Below, piece after piece: positions 34,525 to 47,678 of a stretch of DNA of 64,000 bases. The position numbers were made by a program, and so were the translations under genes. Under the pieces are notes generated by a model that was not told where the DNA came from, made no database searches, and saw nothing but the letters and a program-made list of their open reading frames with translations. Source of the stretch: Marsupella aquatica (taxonomy: Eukaryota > Plantae > Marchantiophyta); NCBI GenBank assembly GCA_973895155.1, contig OZ316891.1, forward strand, positions 8,433,875 to 8,497,874. Direction: 5' to 3'. Positions within the stretch are counted from its first letter, which is position 1. Every line of letters begins with the position of its first letter.

Positions 34525-37500
34525 CTAGGATTTCTGCAGGCCTTCTCTTTCAGAAATGAAATCAATAGCCTCCTCAACGTCCTCCACGACTTTATCAGCT
34601 GATATTTCATTGTTTGAAGCTCTCTGAAAGACTCCAGTTCTAGTCAAAATAGAAAACCATGGTTCTCCGGCCAACTTCGCTCCCTTAATATCAGTTGCTG
34701 GGTTATCCCCTATCATATAGATAGTCTTCAAAGGAGCTAACACGGGATGATCAACGCTTGCTGGCGGAGGAAACGATAGACCATGCATTAATTCTTTGGC
34801 CAATCCATGTGGGGTATGAACCATACTCTCTTGAATCTGTTGCAATACTTGCTCAGCGTGTTTGTAGAAACCGGGCTGTGGCTTTCCAAACGTCGTATAG
34901 ATCAAGGGGTCAACGGGCAATTTATTGTAGATGCTCTCCAAGGCAATTCGGAATGCACCCATCCCAAGACGGGGTACTGGAAAAATTGATTGATATTCTA
35001 AATCATCTGCAGCCAAGTAAATGGGCGTCTGAATTCCCCGGGTTCCTCTGGTAGGGTGCCCACCTGATCTGAGGACATCACAAATAACCTGAAATAAAAC
35101 CAGTTGTGGAAGGAAACATTTTTAGAGAAACGGCATGTAAAGTTTGAACTCAAATGCAGGAAGAGAGCAAGAGATTGAATGGCAAATACGTCAACGAGGA
35201 GAAAGTAGACTTACTAATTGAGAATTCAAGCAGTCTTACTCAGCCAATGACCTTAAAAATGCTCAACTCTAATAATCGAAGAGTTGAGGAGCATACTTGC
35301 AGATCTCGTCCCCAGTCGACAGGATCACTGACCACAAACACAGCTGCAACTTCCTCACTGTCATTGCGAGGTAGTCCCATTTCACCGTTTGCCGAGGGAG
35401 GTTTCAGCCAAGGCTTATAGCGAGCTAAGGGGTCGATATGATCGAACTCATTAACATAAGAGTCCAGGTGTACCACGTGCCTGCATCAAGAAACATTTGT
35501 CACAAAATAAATCGTTACTCGGTGCCCTACCGGGTGCCTACCCAAAATAATCTATCTTTACATCTTTGTTCTCCTCGACCATCACATGACAGCCTGACCT
35601 CACTTCCCCAACTTCTCATTTGACCCACCACAATCAATGGCACACCAGCGCAAGTATCAGATCAGTCAGAACTTACTGAAAGCCATAGGATTTCATGACG
35701 ACGTCTGGTTCACCCTTACCAACTGCCAGTACACGATTTTCTCCAAACCTGCATGTCGTGACAAAAATTAGAACTAGCATGCAGCTGAGGCCCTCAGCCT
35801 AGAGATCTGAACCTCGCACTGCCATGGAAACGTCCAAATTCAAGCACTTTTCGTTCACCTAGGCTGGTATTTGAGTAACTCAACGTAATAAAGAAATTAA
35901 TAAATGGCAGTATGGAAGACCCCATCGCAATGAGGTATTGTCATGCTCATTTTGTACTATACTCAGAGTACAGAAAATCGAAGGCCCCTAATCAAAACAA
36001 CCTCGGACAAGTTGAGTCTAAAGCCATGCCGAGAATAGCCCAGCCAACACAAACCTGCCAACAAGGTGCTTGAATGGACTGTGCCCAAGAAGGACCTGTC
36101 ATATCCACCATGATTAGTCCATGTCAGGGGACACAACGACTGGCAATCTCAGACTCACAAATGGGTTATTCTACTATAGGGTAAAGAGTACAAATGAGCA
36201 TCCACCTTTCTTTAGTATGATTTCTTGTGAGGCTATAAGGACTTGATGGTTAGTTGAACGATCTTCTTAAGATAGAAGTGAAGCTGAACTTAGCATTCTT
36301 TAGCATGTATAGTCCTGCATCTTTCGTTCCTACAATGTCGACTCAAATGTTCCTATAGGTCTTCACAAGGTTAAGCCATGATCAGAGAGCATAACAATGA
36401 GCCATTGAGTTCATTTGAGCTGCACTGTAACTCCTGCTTTAAAATCCAGACCTTCTTCCAGTTTGTTTCTTGCAAGCTCTGACAGTACTGTAATCCCTCT
36501 CACCTGTTACCTGGTCAGGGAAAACTGGCACACCAAGTTGATGGCTCAGTTCAATCGCCCTTGTAGCTTCTGTCGTCCCTCCACCTGCTCCACTGTGACA
36601 ATAAGTAACAAGTCTTGCATTGCAACCGCGGGAGATCAAAAAGTTCGTCCCGCTTCAACGACCCAACGGGACTGCACTCACTCTATGAGTAAGACCAAGG
36701 AACAAACACCCAAGGAAGCTGATGAGAAACTGGCAGACGCTCTATTGTCAAAATCAAGAAACTCACCATTGGTAAGAAAAACGTAGGGCACTCGAAGCTG
36801 AGCTGTGCCTAAACCCAAGATAAATTATTAGCATTTGCTTATCCAGTGACAACTGCTCAAGCGCACTGTCATGGCAATCCTTGCAGACAATCTTTCAATG
36901 GGATACTCTACAGTAGCTTTGTGAAATAAAAGTCGCTCTAGAAATCGAAGCGTTTCTGTCATCCTTTTGAAAAGAAGAGGTGTCATGCCTCTACCGGCAT
37001 CAGCAGGGCTGTCATACAACTGTTGAAGAGCTCGCGGCGCACCACCAATTGGCTTGCCACCCCTTAAGAGTACTCCATCAATGTCAAAAGCAATTCCGAA
37101 TCTGAGGGCGTGCCAGTAGTTGCCTGTGTCAGCCCCTAGACTCTTATGAGCATTTTAATATTCGTCCAGGAGACGTTATCACTTAATGGGAAGATCCTGT
37201 TAGCCGACAAGACGCAAACTAGAGGATGGTAAGGAATGTAGACATTGTAGCGAAAAGATCCGAGGGAGAGAGCTTTCATTCACAGGATTTAGTGCAAGAA
37301 TCAGTTCTAAGGCCCCAAGGCATCAACACAGTAATAGCAGATCCAATATGAGCAAAAGATCATTTGGTATATTCGATCTAACTTACTGGACAAAAAGAGC
37401 AGTGGGACTACTCCCCTAAATTCTAATAGCTAAACCTGGGAAACTACTCACGATCCTGGTAAAAGATGTTGTTTTCACTTTATTCATCGTAATTTACAGA

Positions 37501-37883
37501 GATGGCATTTTCTAAGTGGTCAGACGCTCAAGAATCTTCTCAAAAGGCCTCACTTGGCGGAAGTGACAAGAGAGAACTTTGCAAGAATATTGGATAACAG
37601 AGAATTCATTTCTCTCCACCATGGCGAATTTCCCCACTTTCCGAAACGCCTCACACCCTACTACTTTCTAAATACACAGATAATAAATTCAGCAGCGACA
37701 ACAATCCAGCGTAGTGAATTCCACCCAACTGAGCAGACGAACTAACCTTGGCGGAGCAGCTTGATTCGAGAGTTGTCGTTGGGATCTCTGACCCTTAGCG
37801 TTGCCCTGAGTTTGGAGGGACAGTGCATTTCGAAGCGGCCTTCCCCATTGAAGTGCTTTCCTTCGAAGGGGCTGAAGCGCCAT
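34525..37883 (-). CDS. HAD-superfamily IIA hydrolase, HDHD5/CECR5/YKR070W-like, multi-exon, probable organellar presequence
   Basis: FGIAFDIDGVLL (~37070-37100), VFLTNG, VVSDPVDWGRDLQV, PRLGMGAF, FGKP, YMIGDNPATDIKGA, SILTRTGVF. Confidence 0.9.
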
Positions 37884-39935
37884 GGAAATCATTGACTGCT
37901 TCTCACTATTCGTTAGTGGGTCTGCTTGCCAATCAGATTGGCCCCAGCCAGGCCAAATTCTCCTTGAAACAGCTCTCTCTCGCTCTCTATCAACGCATGA
38001 GTCCTCAATTGGAGACAGAGCTGACACCCAGCTGACCTGAATCCATTGCTAGAACTTAGATTGGGCGAATTGCCCTGTTCCCTCTACGAAACCCTTCCTT
38101 CTACTCGGCCTGGCCGCACGGTGATTTCACAGATGGACGTATTGAGAGCAAGCGGAATCCATGCCATTCATCAGCAACGCTGTCCTCCAATTCCTACCCC
38201 CAAAGTTTCGAATATCATTCTGTCATGAAGCAGATCGTGAGGCATTAAATCAGATTTCCTCTCCAACGAGTGCCCAAAAAACTGGCTCTGTCCATCAAAT
38301 ACATGGTGTGGAGGTATTGTATCTCGCTAGCCATCAGGAGTCAATACCTCCACACCATGTATTAGATAGCTAGCGAGATAGCTAGCAAAACGGGGTGTCC
38401 CAAAAATGTATGTTATCAACCAGGTTGTTGTTAGCAAGACAGTTGGATATAGGAAAATTAGAGGTCATGTGAGTAAAATTTTTGCTCGTGCAGGAAAACT
38501 TTTACTGTTTCCTCACAGGCTACACTGACCCCCTAGATCTAGGTGAGCCTGCAAAATGGACACAGTTACTGACCCTACTTGTTTCTGAAAAGATTTTAAC
38601 AACAAAGTTTGACTTTTAATATCTCCCTTGAGACCCAAGAGAATTGGCTTTTCTTGAGCTAATTAGAAGCTGCTTGAAAATATCTTTCCAACCAGTCTGA
38701 GATCTCTAGTTTTCATAAAGAATGGAGAGAGTATGTTGTGAATCTCTAGGGATCACTTCATCACTGAGTGTCCAATTATAGTTATGAATTCCTACAGATA
38801 ACTCCATCACTCGCTGTCCACACTATGAGTTGTTGAAAGTTATCCACACTTTGAGTTGTTTAGAAGCTAATTTGAGATTCAGGATCTACCCCTATATACA
38901 ATTGAATATGATATTTTGGGGATTGCTAGAAACTAACTACTCGGAAAGATCTTTGCAATGAGCCTAAATAATCAGATGCTATTGAGAATTGAAAGACCTA
39001 CTAATTTTCAGAAATGACTGATGTTTTCTTGCCACATTTTACTCACCTAATATGTACTATATGAGCAGAAACAAGGGTTTCACTGCAGTCCATCCGGGTT
39101 GCAAAAAGTATATCCAAGCATTATGGCAACAATGGAGGTCCATCCTGGTTTCAATTTCTCAGAACTTGAACTGATCCCTATGTTGAATTTAACTTGGAGC
39201 CTTGAAACCATCCAAAGCTTGCATTACCATACTGTTTTTTTTAGATCTAATTTCACTCATTCATGTAATAATATGTATATTATAACAAGCTCTAACAAGG
39301 GTTTTACTGTCTAGCCAGGTAGCAAAACATCTATCCAAACATTTTGGCAACCTCATGGTGCAAGATGTATCATATCAGCAGAACTGAGGGTTTCACTACC
39401 ATATAGCTGGGTTGCAAAAGTCTATCCATGGATTGTGGTAAATGTGTTGCTTCATTTTCCTTCAAACTTTCATGTAAGAATTCCAAAAGATGATTGTCTT
39501 GTTTTCTTGCCACATTTCACTCATCATTGTGATAAGTTTTATATGAGAAGAAACAAGAGTTTTGCTGCAGTCCATCAAGGTTTCAAAAGTTTATCCAAGC
39601 ACTAGCAACGTCACCCTACTGCATGAGCAGAAAGAAACAAGGGTTTCACTGCCGTCCATGTGGGTTGCATAAAGTGTATCCAGGCATTTTGTCAAACCTG
39701 GGTGGCAAACGTGAGGCTTCAATGTCCTCCAAACTCAAACTATAACTACACTAGTGTTTGATTTAACTTGGACGTTGAAAATCATCCAAAGATGACAATA
39801 TCTTTCTTTTTTGGGTGTCTCATTTCACTCATCCATGTAATATATGAGCAGAAGCAAGGGTTTCACTGCAGTCCATCCAGGTTGCAAAAAACTCTTCCAA
39901 GCATTTTGGTGACCCCATGGTGTAATATGTAATTA

Positions 39936-41590
39936 CTAGCTCAATACCTGTGCGTTGCACAAAAGAAGTTGTGTCCGCCAAGATGTCATTGAGAAAAATG
40001 ATGTAGTGTCATCCAAGAGGTCGTGGAGAAAAAAGATGTAGTGTTGCCTAGGAGGTCGTGGAGAGAAAAGATGTCGAGTTGCCCAAGAGGTTGTGGAGAG
40101 AAAAGATGTCGTGTTGCCCAAGAGGTCGTTGAGAGAAACGATGTCATGTCGCCCAAAAGGTCGTTGAGAGTAAAGATGTCATGTCGCCCAAGAGGTCATT
40201 GAGAGAAAAGAAGTTGTGTTGGTCAAGAGGTCGTTGAAAGAAAATATGTAGTGTCAACCAAGAGGTCGTGGAGAAAAAAGATGTCTTGTCGCCCAAGAGG
40301 TCATTGAGAAAAAAGAATGTCGTGTCGGCCAAGAAGACGTTGAGAAAAAAAGATGTCGTGTTGGCCAAGAGATCATTGAACAAAAAAATGTCATGTTGGC
40401 CAAGAAGTCGTTGAGAACAAAAACGTTGTGTCGGCCAAGATGTCGTTGAGAAAAAATTGTCATGTTGGCGAAGATGTTGAGAAAAAACGTCATGTCGTCC
40501 AAGACATCGTTCACGAAAAATACCCATGCGTTGCACAAAAGATGTTGTTAAGAAATAAGATGTTGTTAAGTGAAAGATATTACAAAGTAAAAAGATCTCT
40601 TAAGAAAAAGTAGTTTTGCCAAACATGCCATTGTGTGCAAGATGTTATTAAGAAAAAGGTATCATTTTGCCAAAGATATCGTGAAGTAAAAGATGTTAAA
40701 AAAAATGGTGTTATTTCACCCAAGCTATCGTTCTGTGAAAGATGTTATGAAATAAAAAAAATCAAGGAAACTAAGAAGGAGTGAGTCTTTTTCTTTGTTT
40801 TGTTTTTTTACCCAAAATGCCCATGCATTTGAATGACGACCACTATAAATTGGAGCAATGTTATATTATCGGTTTCAGATTTAGTGTTTTAGGGTTTAGC
40901 AAAGATGACCATTCTCTCGATATCCTTTCAATCCCAGTGCGTTGCATAATAGATGTTGTTTGGTTAAAGATGTTGTTGAGAAATAGATCCTACGTGGTGC
41001 AAAAGATAATCGTTGAATAAAACTAATAATTGTTAAAATACATTATTACACAAAAACTTTTGTTCAGTGAAAGATATCATTGTGCAAAATAGAAATTGGG
41101 GTCCATGCAAGATAACTAAAATTTAACTAATTTCCAAAGAGTTAAATATCCTTTTTAAGAGCCAAAGCCAAAATAATATAATGTCAACCTACTCTCTTCC
41201 CCTTAGTGCTCGCTCCCTACCAAAACCATTATCTCAGGTAAATCTTTTCACTTTCATGCCCCATGCCAAATGTACTCTAAATTAATAGACCATAAAATAA
41301 TATACTTACACTTTAATGCTCCATGCCAAAAAGTATTATAAGCAAGCTACAAAATAACTACAGTAGCACATGCAAGTACTCTATGATATATTATATTTAC
41401 CTTGTACTATAACTTACATACTTACCTTGTACTGTAACTTACAGCCAATTTTAGGTTCCCATCTCACTCAATCCAAGAGCCATAAATAATTCAAGAAAAT
41501 ATCTGATGACTTAGCTTTGTTCCCTCCTTTTTCATTTTTGTAACGGGACGAAGGACTAAAACTGGCGGTATTCGTTATTTTAGTAGTAGA
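39936..41590 (-). mobile_element. Non-autonomous Helitron
   Basis: The minus strand starts a|TCTACTACTAAAAT and ends GTGCAACGCACAGGTATTGAGCTAG|t. It is inserted in an A|T dinucleotide, and removing it restores the host repeat atgtaatta/tatgagcagaagcaaggg. Confidence 0.85.
39960..40520. repeat. ~30-33-bp minisatellite inside the Helitron
   Basis: aaagatgtcgtgttgcccaagaggtcgttgaga-like unit, roughly 17 copies. Confidence 0.88.
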
Positions 41591-42439
41591 TATGAGCAGA
41601 AGCAAGGGTTTCACTGCGGTCCATCTGAGTTGAAAAGCCATGTCCAAGCATTTGGCAAACGTGTGGCTTCAATTTTCCTCAAAACTCAAACTACACTAGT
41701 GTTTGGTTCATCTTGGACCTTTAAATCATCCAAAGCTTTACATATTCATTGACAATGACAAACTTTAAGAACCAAAGATGACTATATTTTTTTTTCAGGG
41801 TCTCATTTCACTCATCCATGATATGTACTATATGAGCAGAACAAGGCATCTGAGTTGAAAAACCATATCCAAGCATTTAGCAAACGTGTGCGTTCAATTT
41901 CCTCGAAACTCGAACTCAAGCTTTTCTATTCTCGTGTAAGGATTTCTTCGCTACAAAACTAGTCCGACGGATTTCTGCAGTAGTAGTGGACTACAGTATT
42001 TCTCGAAAGCAAAAGAGGTGTTCAGAAATCGTCGATCACATTTCCCATCGATGACATCTTCGTATCGAGCACAATCATGTCAATTCGCCAATTCCAGTGA
42101 TTCTCTCGAAGAGCTGTGCCGTGACGTGAGTCGAACAGAATGATGTTCGACATCACCAGTTTGGTGTTGTAGTCGAGAGACTGCATGTCGAAGAACTTCA
42201 CTCCTCTTGGCGAGGATTGGTTTCGTGATTCGAGTTGGACGGGATGATGTTCGATGGCATCGGGATTGTGATGTAATCGAGACACTGACTCGAAGTTTTT
42301 ATTCCAACCTTGCGCGAAAACTTCGTGTTGTGTGTCTGTTCCTTTGAGGGGAGAAGCGGTTGAATGCCGTAGAGGCGGGCATTGTGAGCAGATTAAAGCC
42401 TTGGCATCGGAGTGGCGCAGTTACTGTAGTACGGGAGCG

Positions 42440-42856
42440 ATGGCGGAGGGCGGGGGTGGGGGTGCGCAGGCTGATGCAGAAGATGCTGTGCTTATGGACT
42501 TTCTGTCGTCTCTGCAGAATTACACTCCTACCATACCCGATGAGCTCGCGGAGCACTACTTGAGCCGGAGCGGGTTTAGTTGTCCCGACATCAGAGTGGT
42601 GCGGCTGGTTTCTCTGGCTGCTCAGAAGTTTGTCGGTGAGATAGCTAGCGATGCTTTGCAGCACTGCAAAATTCGGCAAGGGTCTGCGAGGACCGGTGAA
42701 AAATCTCGAGGGCACAAGGACAAACGCTTTGTGCTCACGACGGAGGATCTGACAATGGCTCTGCGCGAGTATGGAGTGAATCTGAAGCCGCAAGAGTATT
42801 TTACCGACTCACCTGCACCAGGTGGCGGAGCGTCGAAAGAGAAGACAGATAAATGA
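42440..42856 (+). CDS. TAF10: TFIID subunit 10, intronless CDS
   Basis: LMDFLSSLQNYTPTIPDELAEHYL..SGF..PDIRVVRLVSLAAQKF..DALQHCK..FVLTTEDLTMALREYGVN.KPQEYF. Confidence 0.95.
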   Translation: MAEGGGGGAQADAEDAVLMDFLSSLQNYTPTIPDELAEHYLSRSGFSCPDIRVVRLVSLAAQKFVGEIASDALQHCKIRQGSARTGEKSRGHKDKRFVLTTEDLTMALREYGVNLKPQEYFTDSPAPGGGASKEKTDK

Positions 42857-44150
42857 GGCTCTCAAGACAAAGTCCTGCAACCGCTGCTTCCGACTCCCAA
42901 GCTTAGGATCTCGAGGTCGTTCACCGAACTTGCGTAGCAAATCGTGCCCCTCAACAGTACTAAATCCGCACTTTATGGTCTATGAAAGATGAGTCGTCGG
43001 ATTTCTTGTGGTTGAGAAGTATCTCAAGCTCGCAGTTGATGAGTGGGCGATGTTCCCAACATAGAGGATGATCATGCAGCGTCAAATCTCACAAACAAGA
43101 ACAAATCATCTATACCGCAGATGATCCCTAATGCCACAGACTGCTTGCTGGGCATGTGGAGTATGTAGTGATTTTTCATAGTATGCACTCTAATATTCTG
43201 GATCCGGTATAAGTAACAAGAATGAGGTATCAGTTCCGTAAAGAATTTGTACAGAAGTACACTAAATTTTAGCTTCCATAGTGAAGGATTCGAAGTAGCA
43301 ACCTGCGCTAATGTTTAGGGTTTTCAGTGTGCTCAGAATGAGATTTTTCTAGTGTCAGCTGGAGATTCTGTTCCAAAGCTATGATCATCTTCGTCCGAAA
43401 GTAATCTACAATTTGAGGGCTGCCATAAACTCTTCATCTTTTTTAGTTGATGTTCGATTGTAGTGGTGGTGATAGCTTGAATCAACCAGGAGAGGAACAG
43501 TATTGGCATGCTACCAACCATATTAGCAGAATGTAGTTGGGATTGACACCGGGTTTCTGACCGTCGCCAGATTTGCAGAAATCGCAGTCGTCATTATACT
43601 GTATCTTTATTTCTTGGGACAATATCTCTGGATATATGCTTTGATCCTTTGGGAGAAACAACTTAGTCTCATTTTATATTTCTGTCACTGCCATCCAGAC
43701 AGACATTCATTCTACTGCCAGAGGGACAAACTAAGACACATCTGCCCTAGCGACACGCATCTGTACAGGGTTATTGGAGCTTACCTTGCCGCAGGATGCC
43801 AGTACCACTTGAACGACCCAGGATGAGGCAATGGTTTGCACTTTCTATCCGACCTGTTGTCGCCTAATCCTTGCATGATCTCTCTTGTTCAGAGCCAAGT
43901 TGATCTTTGATCTATCAATCATCTTTGATGTTCAAGTTGTCATCAGGTCAGGCCCCATTTATGCAGTCCGGGTATCACCAGTTAGCAGTGCCAGGAGGGA
44001 TATCATTGTCGAAAGTCTAGTGAACAGATTCAAGATCGACCTCGAGATCGAAGGATATATATGCGAAATTATCTCCATCCAAATCGGGGAGTACGGTATG
44101 CGGAGAAAGGAGCTTACGCATATTGTCCACTGAGTAAAGCAAGCTGGTCC

Positions 44151-44263
44151 ACATCGTACTGAATCTGAACGTCACTCCCATATTAAGGAAATAGATTCTA
44201 AAGCTCAACATCGTACTGAATCTGAACGTCACTCCCATATTAAGGAAATAGGTTCTAAAGCTC
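44151..44263. repeat. 57-bp tandem duplication
   Basis: acatcgtactgaatctgaacgtcactcccatattaaggaaatag at 44151 and 44208. Confidence 0.9.
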
Positions 44264-44493
44264 CAACGAAGCAGAAGTTCACATCAGAGCAGCTCAGCTA
44301 GCATGGAATTCATAAATTAAGAAAAAGCGGTCGCAAGATACCTTCAGGGTGGGGCTCTTAGTCATAGCACATTGATGGCTCCAAAGGATGGGCCTCTTTC
44401 CCAGATCATTAAAAAAAGTAAGCATTACGATTGAGCTCTTACTACACTACAATTATGATGTCCAGTTGAGTCAAAACACAATTGTCAGGACAT

Positions 44494-46472
44494 CTACTTA
44501 ACCCGTCGAGCTCCTTCCTCCTGCCCCAGGCCGATTGATTTTCTAACATTCTGAATACCTCTTGGATCTGCACAGCCGTTGGTGATCTTTTTAGGATGAG
44601 CAGCTAAAAGTACTCATTTCTAGAGAAAGAGGCATAAGATATATGACCTTCGGGAACCACACCATCCTGAGAAATATTACGAATAGAGTTGCAAAGGTGG
44701 ACAGGAGAGGAATACTTTGCGTGCAAATTCACAACTAAAGTATTAATCTAGTATATGCAAAGTGTATAACCGTCACGGACTTGAGATCTCTTTGATTCAC
44801 TTAGATTCTACTCAAATACAAAAGAACAACGTTCTTTACAACAAGACTCTAGACTCGGGCCGATTTATCAGTAGAATGAAGTGTCATTTGAATCGACTCA
44901 CTCACCAAAGAATTGTGTGAAGATACGCGTCAAGAAACCAAAATTGCGTGCCATGGTATTTGCAACTTGTGGAGGAAGAGGCTTGAACAAAGTGTCGAAG
45001 CTGAAAACCCTTCGTAGGAACTGTAAAAGGCAATGTAGTCCATCAGCACATCCTTCAAAACTTTTGCTAACATTTCACGGCTGAAACCGCCATTTCTCAA
45101 AATTTAATGTCTCACATTTCTCGTTCTCCACTTTTCAGAAACTGTTGATGATTAGTTCAGAACTGTTTGGATGTTACCTGGGAAAATGTAATAACAGTGA
45201 ACGGAGGCGTCTTAGTTCTTGTCGGTGCTTATTAAAGAACAGGGTTAGGCCATTAGAGAGATCTCGGTCACGATTCACAAAAGTCACAAACTTATCATCC
45301 AATCCATCACCATCCTACAAGCACCCTTAATCCCGAACATACTTTGCCTCAACACTACAGGAAAGGCTGCCAGAATCGCAGTCCAAAATGGCATCAGAAA
45401 CGGAACGTCTGAATTAATGATCCACCTTGAAAAACTGACCGATGAGGAAAAATAATAAAAAACTTCTTCCGGAAGAGTGCAGATTAGTGGCTATTGAGGA
45501 GAAGCGGGCCAAAGGACAGGACCGATCACAACAAACGATATAAGGACCCTGTACGAAGAGGCTATGGTTCAATAACAACCTATCGTAGACCATAATACGC
45601 ATCGAGAGCGAATCTGTAACTGGACGGTGCAGAGATCTCGTAGACTAAACCAGAAAAAAATCCGTCTTCACGTGTGTGAGAGACTCTGTAAGTCGAGGAC
45701 TCTCTCTTGAGCTCTGAATCGCCCTTGCTACGTCAAAGGTTCAACTTTAAACTCACGAGATAGGACTTTTCATGGTCCATTGTTACACAAGAAAGACGGC
45801 ATGACAACTAAAAAGTGGATTCACCAATTGATGACTCTTGACTTCCCTTGATTGCTTTGTAGCCAGTTATGTAATTTATGTCCAGCGGACTAGTATTGAT
45901 CCACGACTTATGTCAAGAGACGAAGGCCCAAAACCCCGTCATCGTGCTTATCCAGTAGCGCCAACAACACGCCTATGGGATGAACGAACTTAATTAAAAA
46001 TCTCTAAGAACTGAACATGAATACGTGGTCGCAAATGGCGTAGCAAAATCCTTCACCCAATTCCGTAATAAACCTCTTCTCCAAACCAAACTCTTTCGAC
46101 TCACAGAGAAAATTGAGGAGCGCAACCAGCTCGAAACTGGACATCTCAGAAAGGAAAACAACGAAGCGAAGAACCAAAATCCATCCTCACCTGAAAATTC
46201 CGCGCAAATGACATCTTCAATTGCGGGTCAAGTTCAAACATGCTGTCCCCTTCCGGCTTGGACGTCAACCCTGCCCCGGCAGGCGGCGAATACATCATCT
46301 TCCCTTTACCCCCAGGGTCATTGGTGGCCTTCATTTTCAGATGGCTGTGTGTTATCTCCTGCGGCTTCTTCGGCTGCCGCCATGGCGGTACGCTACTGCC
46401 ATTGCTGCTGCTACTCGCCTCACTGCTCTTCTTCTTTTGTCTCCACGGTGCGTCAGGCCCGCCCCTCGGCAT
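44494..46472 (-). CDS. Conserved uncharacterised land-plant protein (~156 aa, 3 exons)
   Basis: Exons 46472-46191, 45020-44906 and 44567-44494 splice in frame: ELDPQLKMSFARNFQ|FLRRVFSFDTLFKPLPP..ARNFGFLTRIFTQFF|DPRGIQNVRKSIGLGQEEGARRVK*. I recall this sequence type from angiosperm unknown proteins. Confidence 0.85.
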
Positions 46473-47282
46473 TACCCTCCTCTCTCCCTCTCTCTCTCTC
46501 TCGTCTCGTTGTACAGTGAAATGATCGCCCTTTCGAGCACACTCTCTTCTCTTATCTCGATCTCTACAGATATGGCAAACAATCCTCGTCTTCGCACGGC
46601 AAGAAAATTGAAATCTGTTGCGAAATCGTGAATGCGAGGCACGCAATTGAGGATTGGGGAATGGGGAATTCGTTAGGGCTGGATCTCAGCTATTCCGTTC
46701 CATACAACGAAACCACAGTAGCCCAGAAAAGAAGGAGCGCTTTCGTTGAGAACACCCGAATTCCAAATGGGATGAGTCGTGAGCAAAAACCCTCTCCCTC
46801 TGCTCTGTGTGGACTAGTCAGGATCAGATCAGGGGTAGGACGGGTATATTGATGACTGGGTTACAGTAAGTAAGCAGGTTCTCTTACACTGTCAAAGCAC
46901 CCCTCACCATAGGGGAGTGTAGCGAGAGGGTGAGGCTCCCATACATCTGGGTTAGTAAGGCTTGTCAAATCACAGCTGTAACTCAGTTATGGCTCAGGAC
47001 ATAAAACGTCGATATGGCCAAGACAAAAACACTCTGGGCTACCAAAATACATACCCCTTAAGGATGATCCGTCCAAAAACACAAAGTCGTAACACTTTGG
47101 TTACAGGAGAACTTTGACACGCCCTAGTGAAGGGTCCGACGAGCTTCCCCTCCCCTCCTGCCTTTCACACTCACCAAAACCTCTGCCAGCAAGTGCATTG
47201 AGTGCACTTGGTGCAACTCCCATATATCCGGGTAGGAAAAATTCCAAACCGTGACATTAAGGTGCATAGGGGTTATGAACTC

Positions 47283-47678
47283 GGGGGGGGGGGGGGGGGG
47301 GGGGGGGGGCTGTTACTATATGGAGAGCCATACATCACATGTAAAGGTTTGGATCATTTATGAACCCCCTAAGTCACTTTATGTAAAAATGTAAAGTCAC
47401 CAATCACGCAATGACATGTATGCATTTGGCAATTAAACGACCTTATATTTTCATTGATAACTTAATAAGTCTTCCATCAAAACCATTTAAATGGCCCTAT
47501 ACTTTGTAGCATTGGATATGTCACCATCAAAACTATTTAAATGGCCCTATACCTTTGTCGCATGGGATATGCCACCATCAAAACTATTTAAACAGCTACA
47601 CTTTGTTGCATGGGATATGCCACTTCCATTGATGATACCCCTCCCCCCCCCCTCCCCTCCCCTCCCCTCCCCTCCCCT
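47283..47678. repeat. Poly-G run, ~50-bp repeat x3 and (CCCTC)n microsatellite
   Basis: G run 47283-47309; ccatcaaaac(c/t)atttaaa..ctttgt..gcat(t/g)ggatatg three times at 47474-47620; ccctc run at 47640-47678. Confidence 0.85.

Larger units (their letters stand above)
39020..41920. repeat. Diverged tandem-like repeat family split by a Helitron
   Basis: atgagcagaa(a/g)caagggtttcactgc..tccat at ~39061, 39377, 39544, 39623, 39844, 41592 and 41832. Confidence 0.75.

Noticed and set aside
38390-39020. Possible MITE/mariner-like end (cggggtgtcccaaaa)
   Set aside because: No matching inverted terminus or TSD found.
39936-40613. ORFs in the Helitron minisatellite
   Set aside because: Translations of a tandem repeat with no Rep/helicase motifs.
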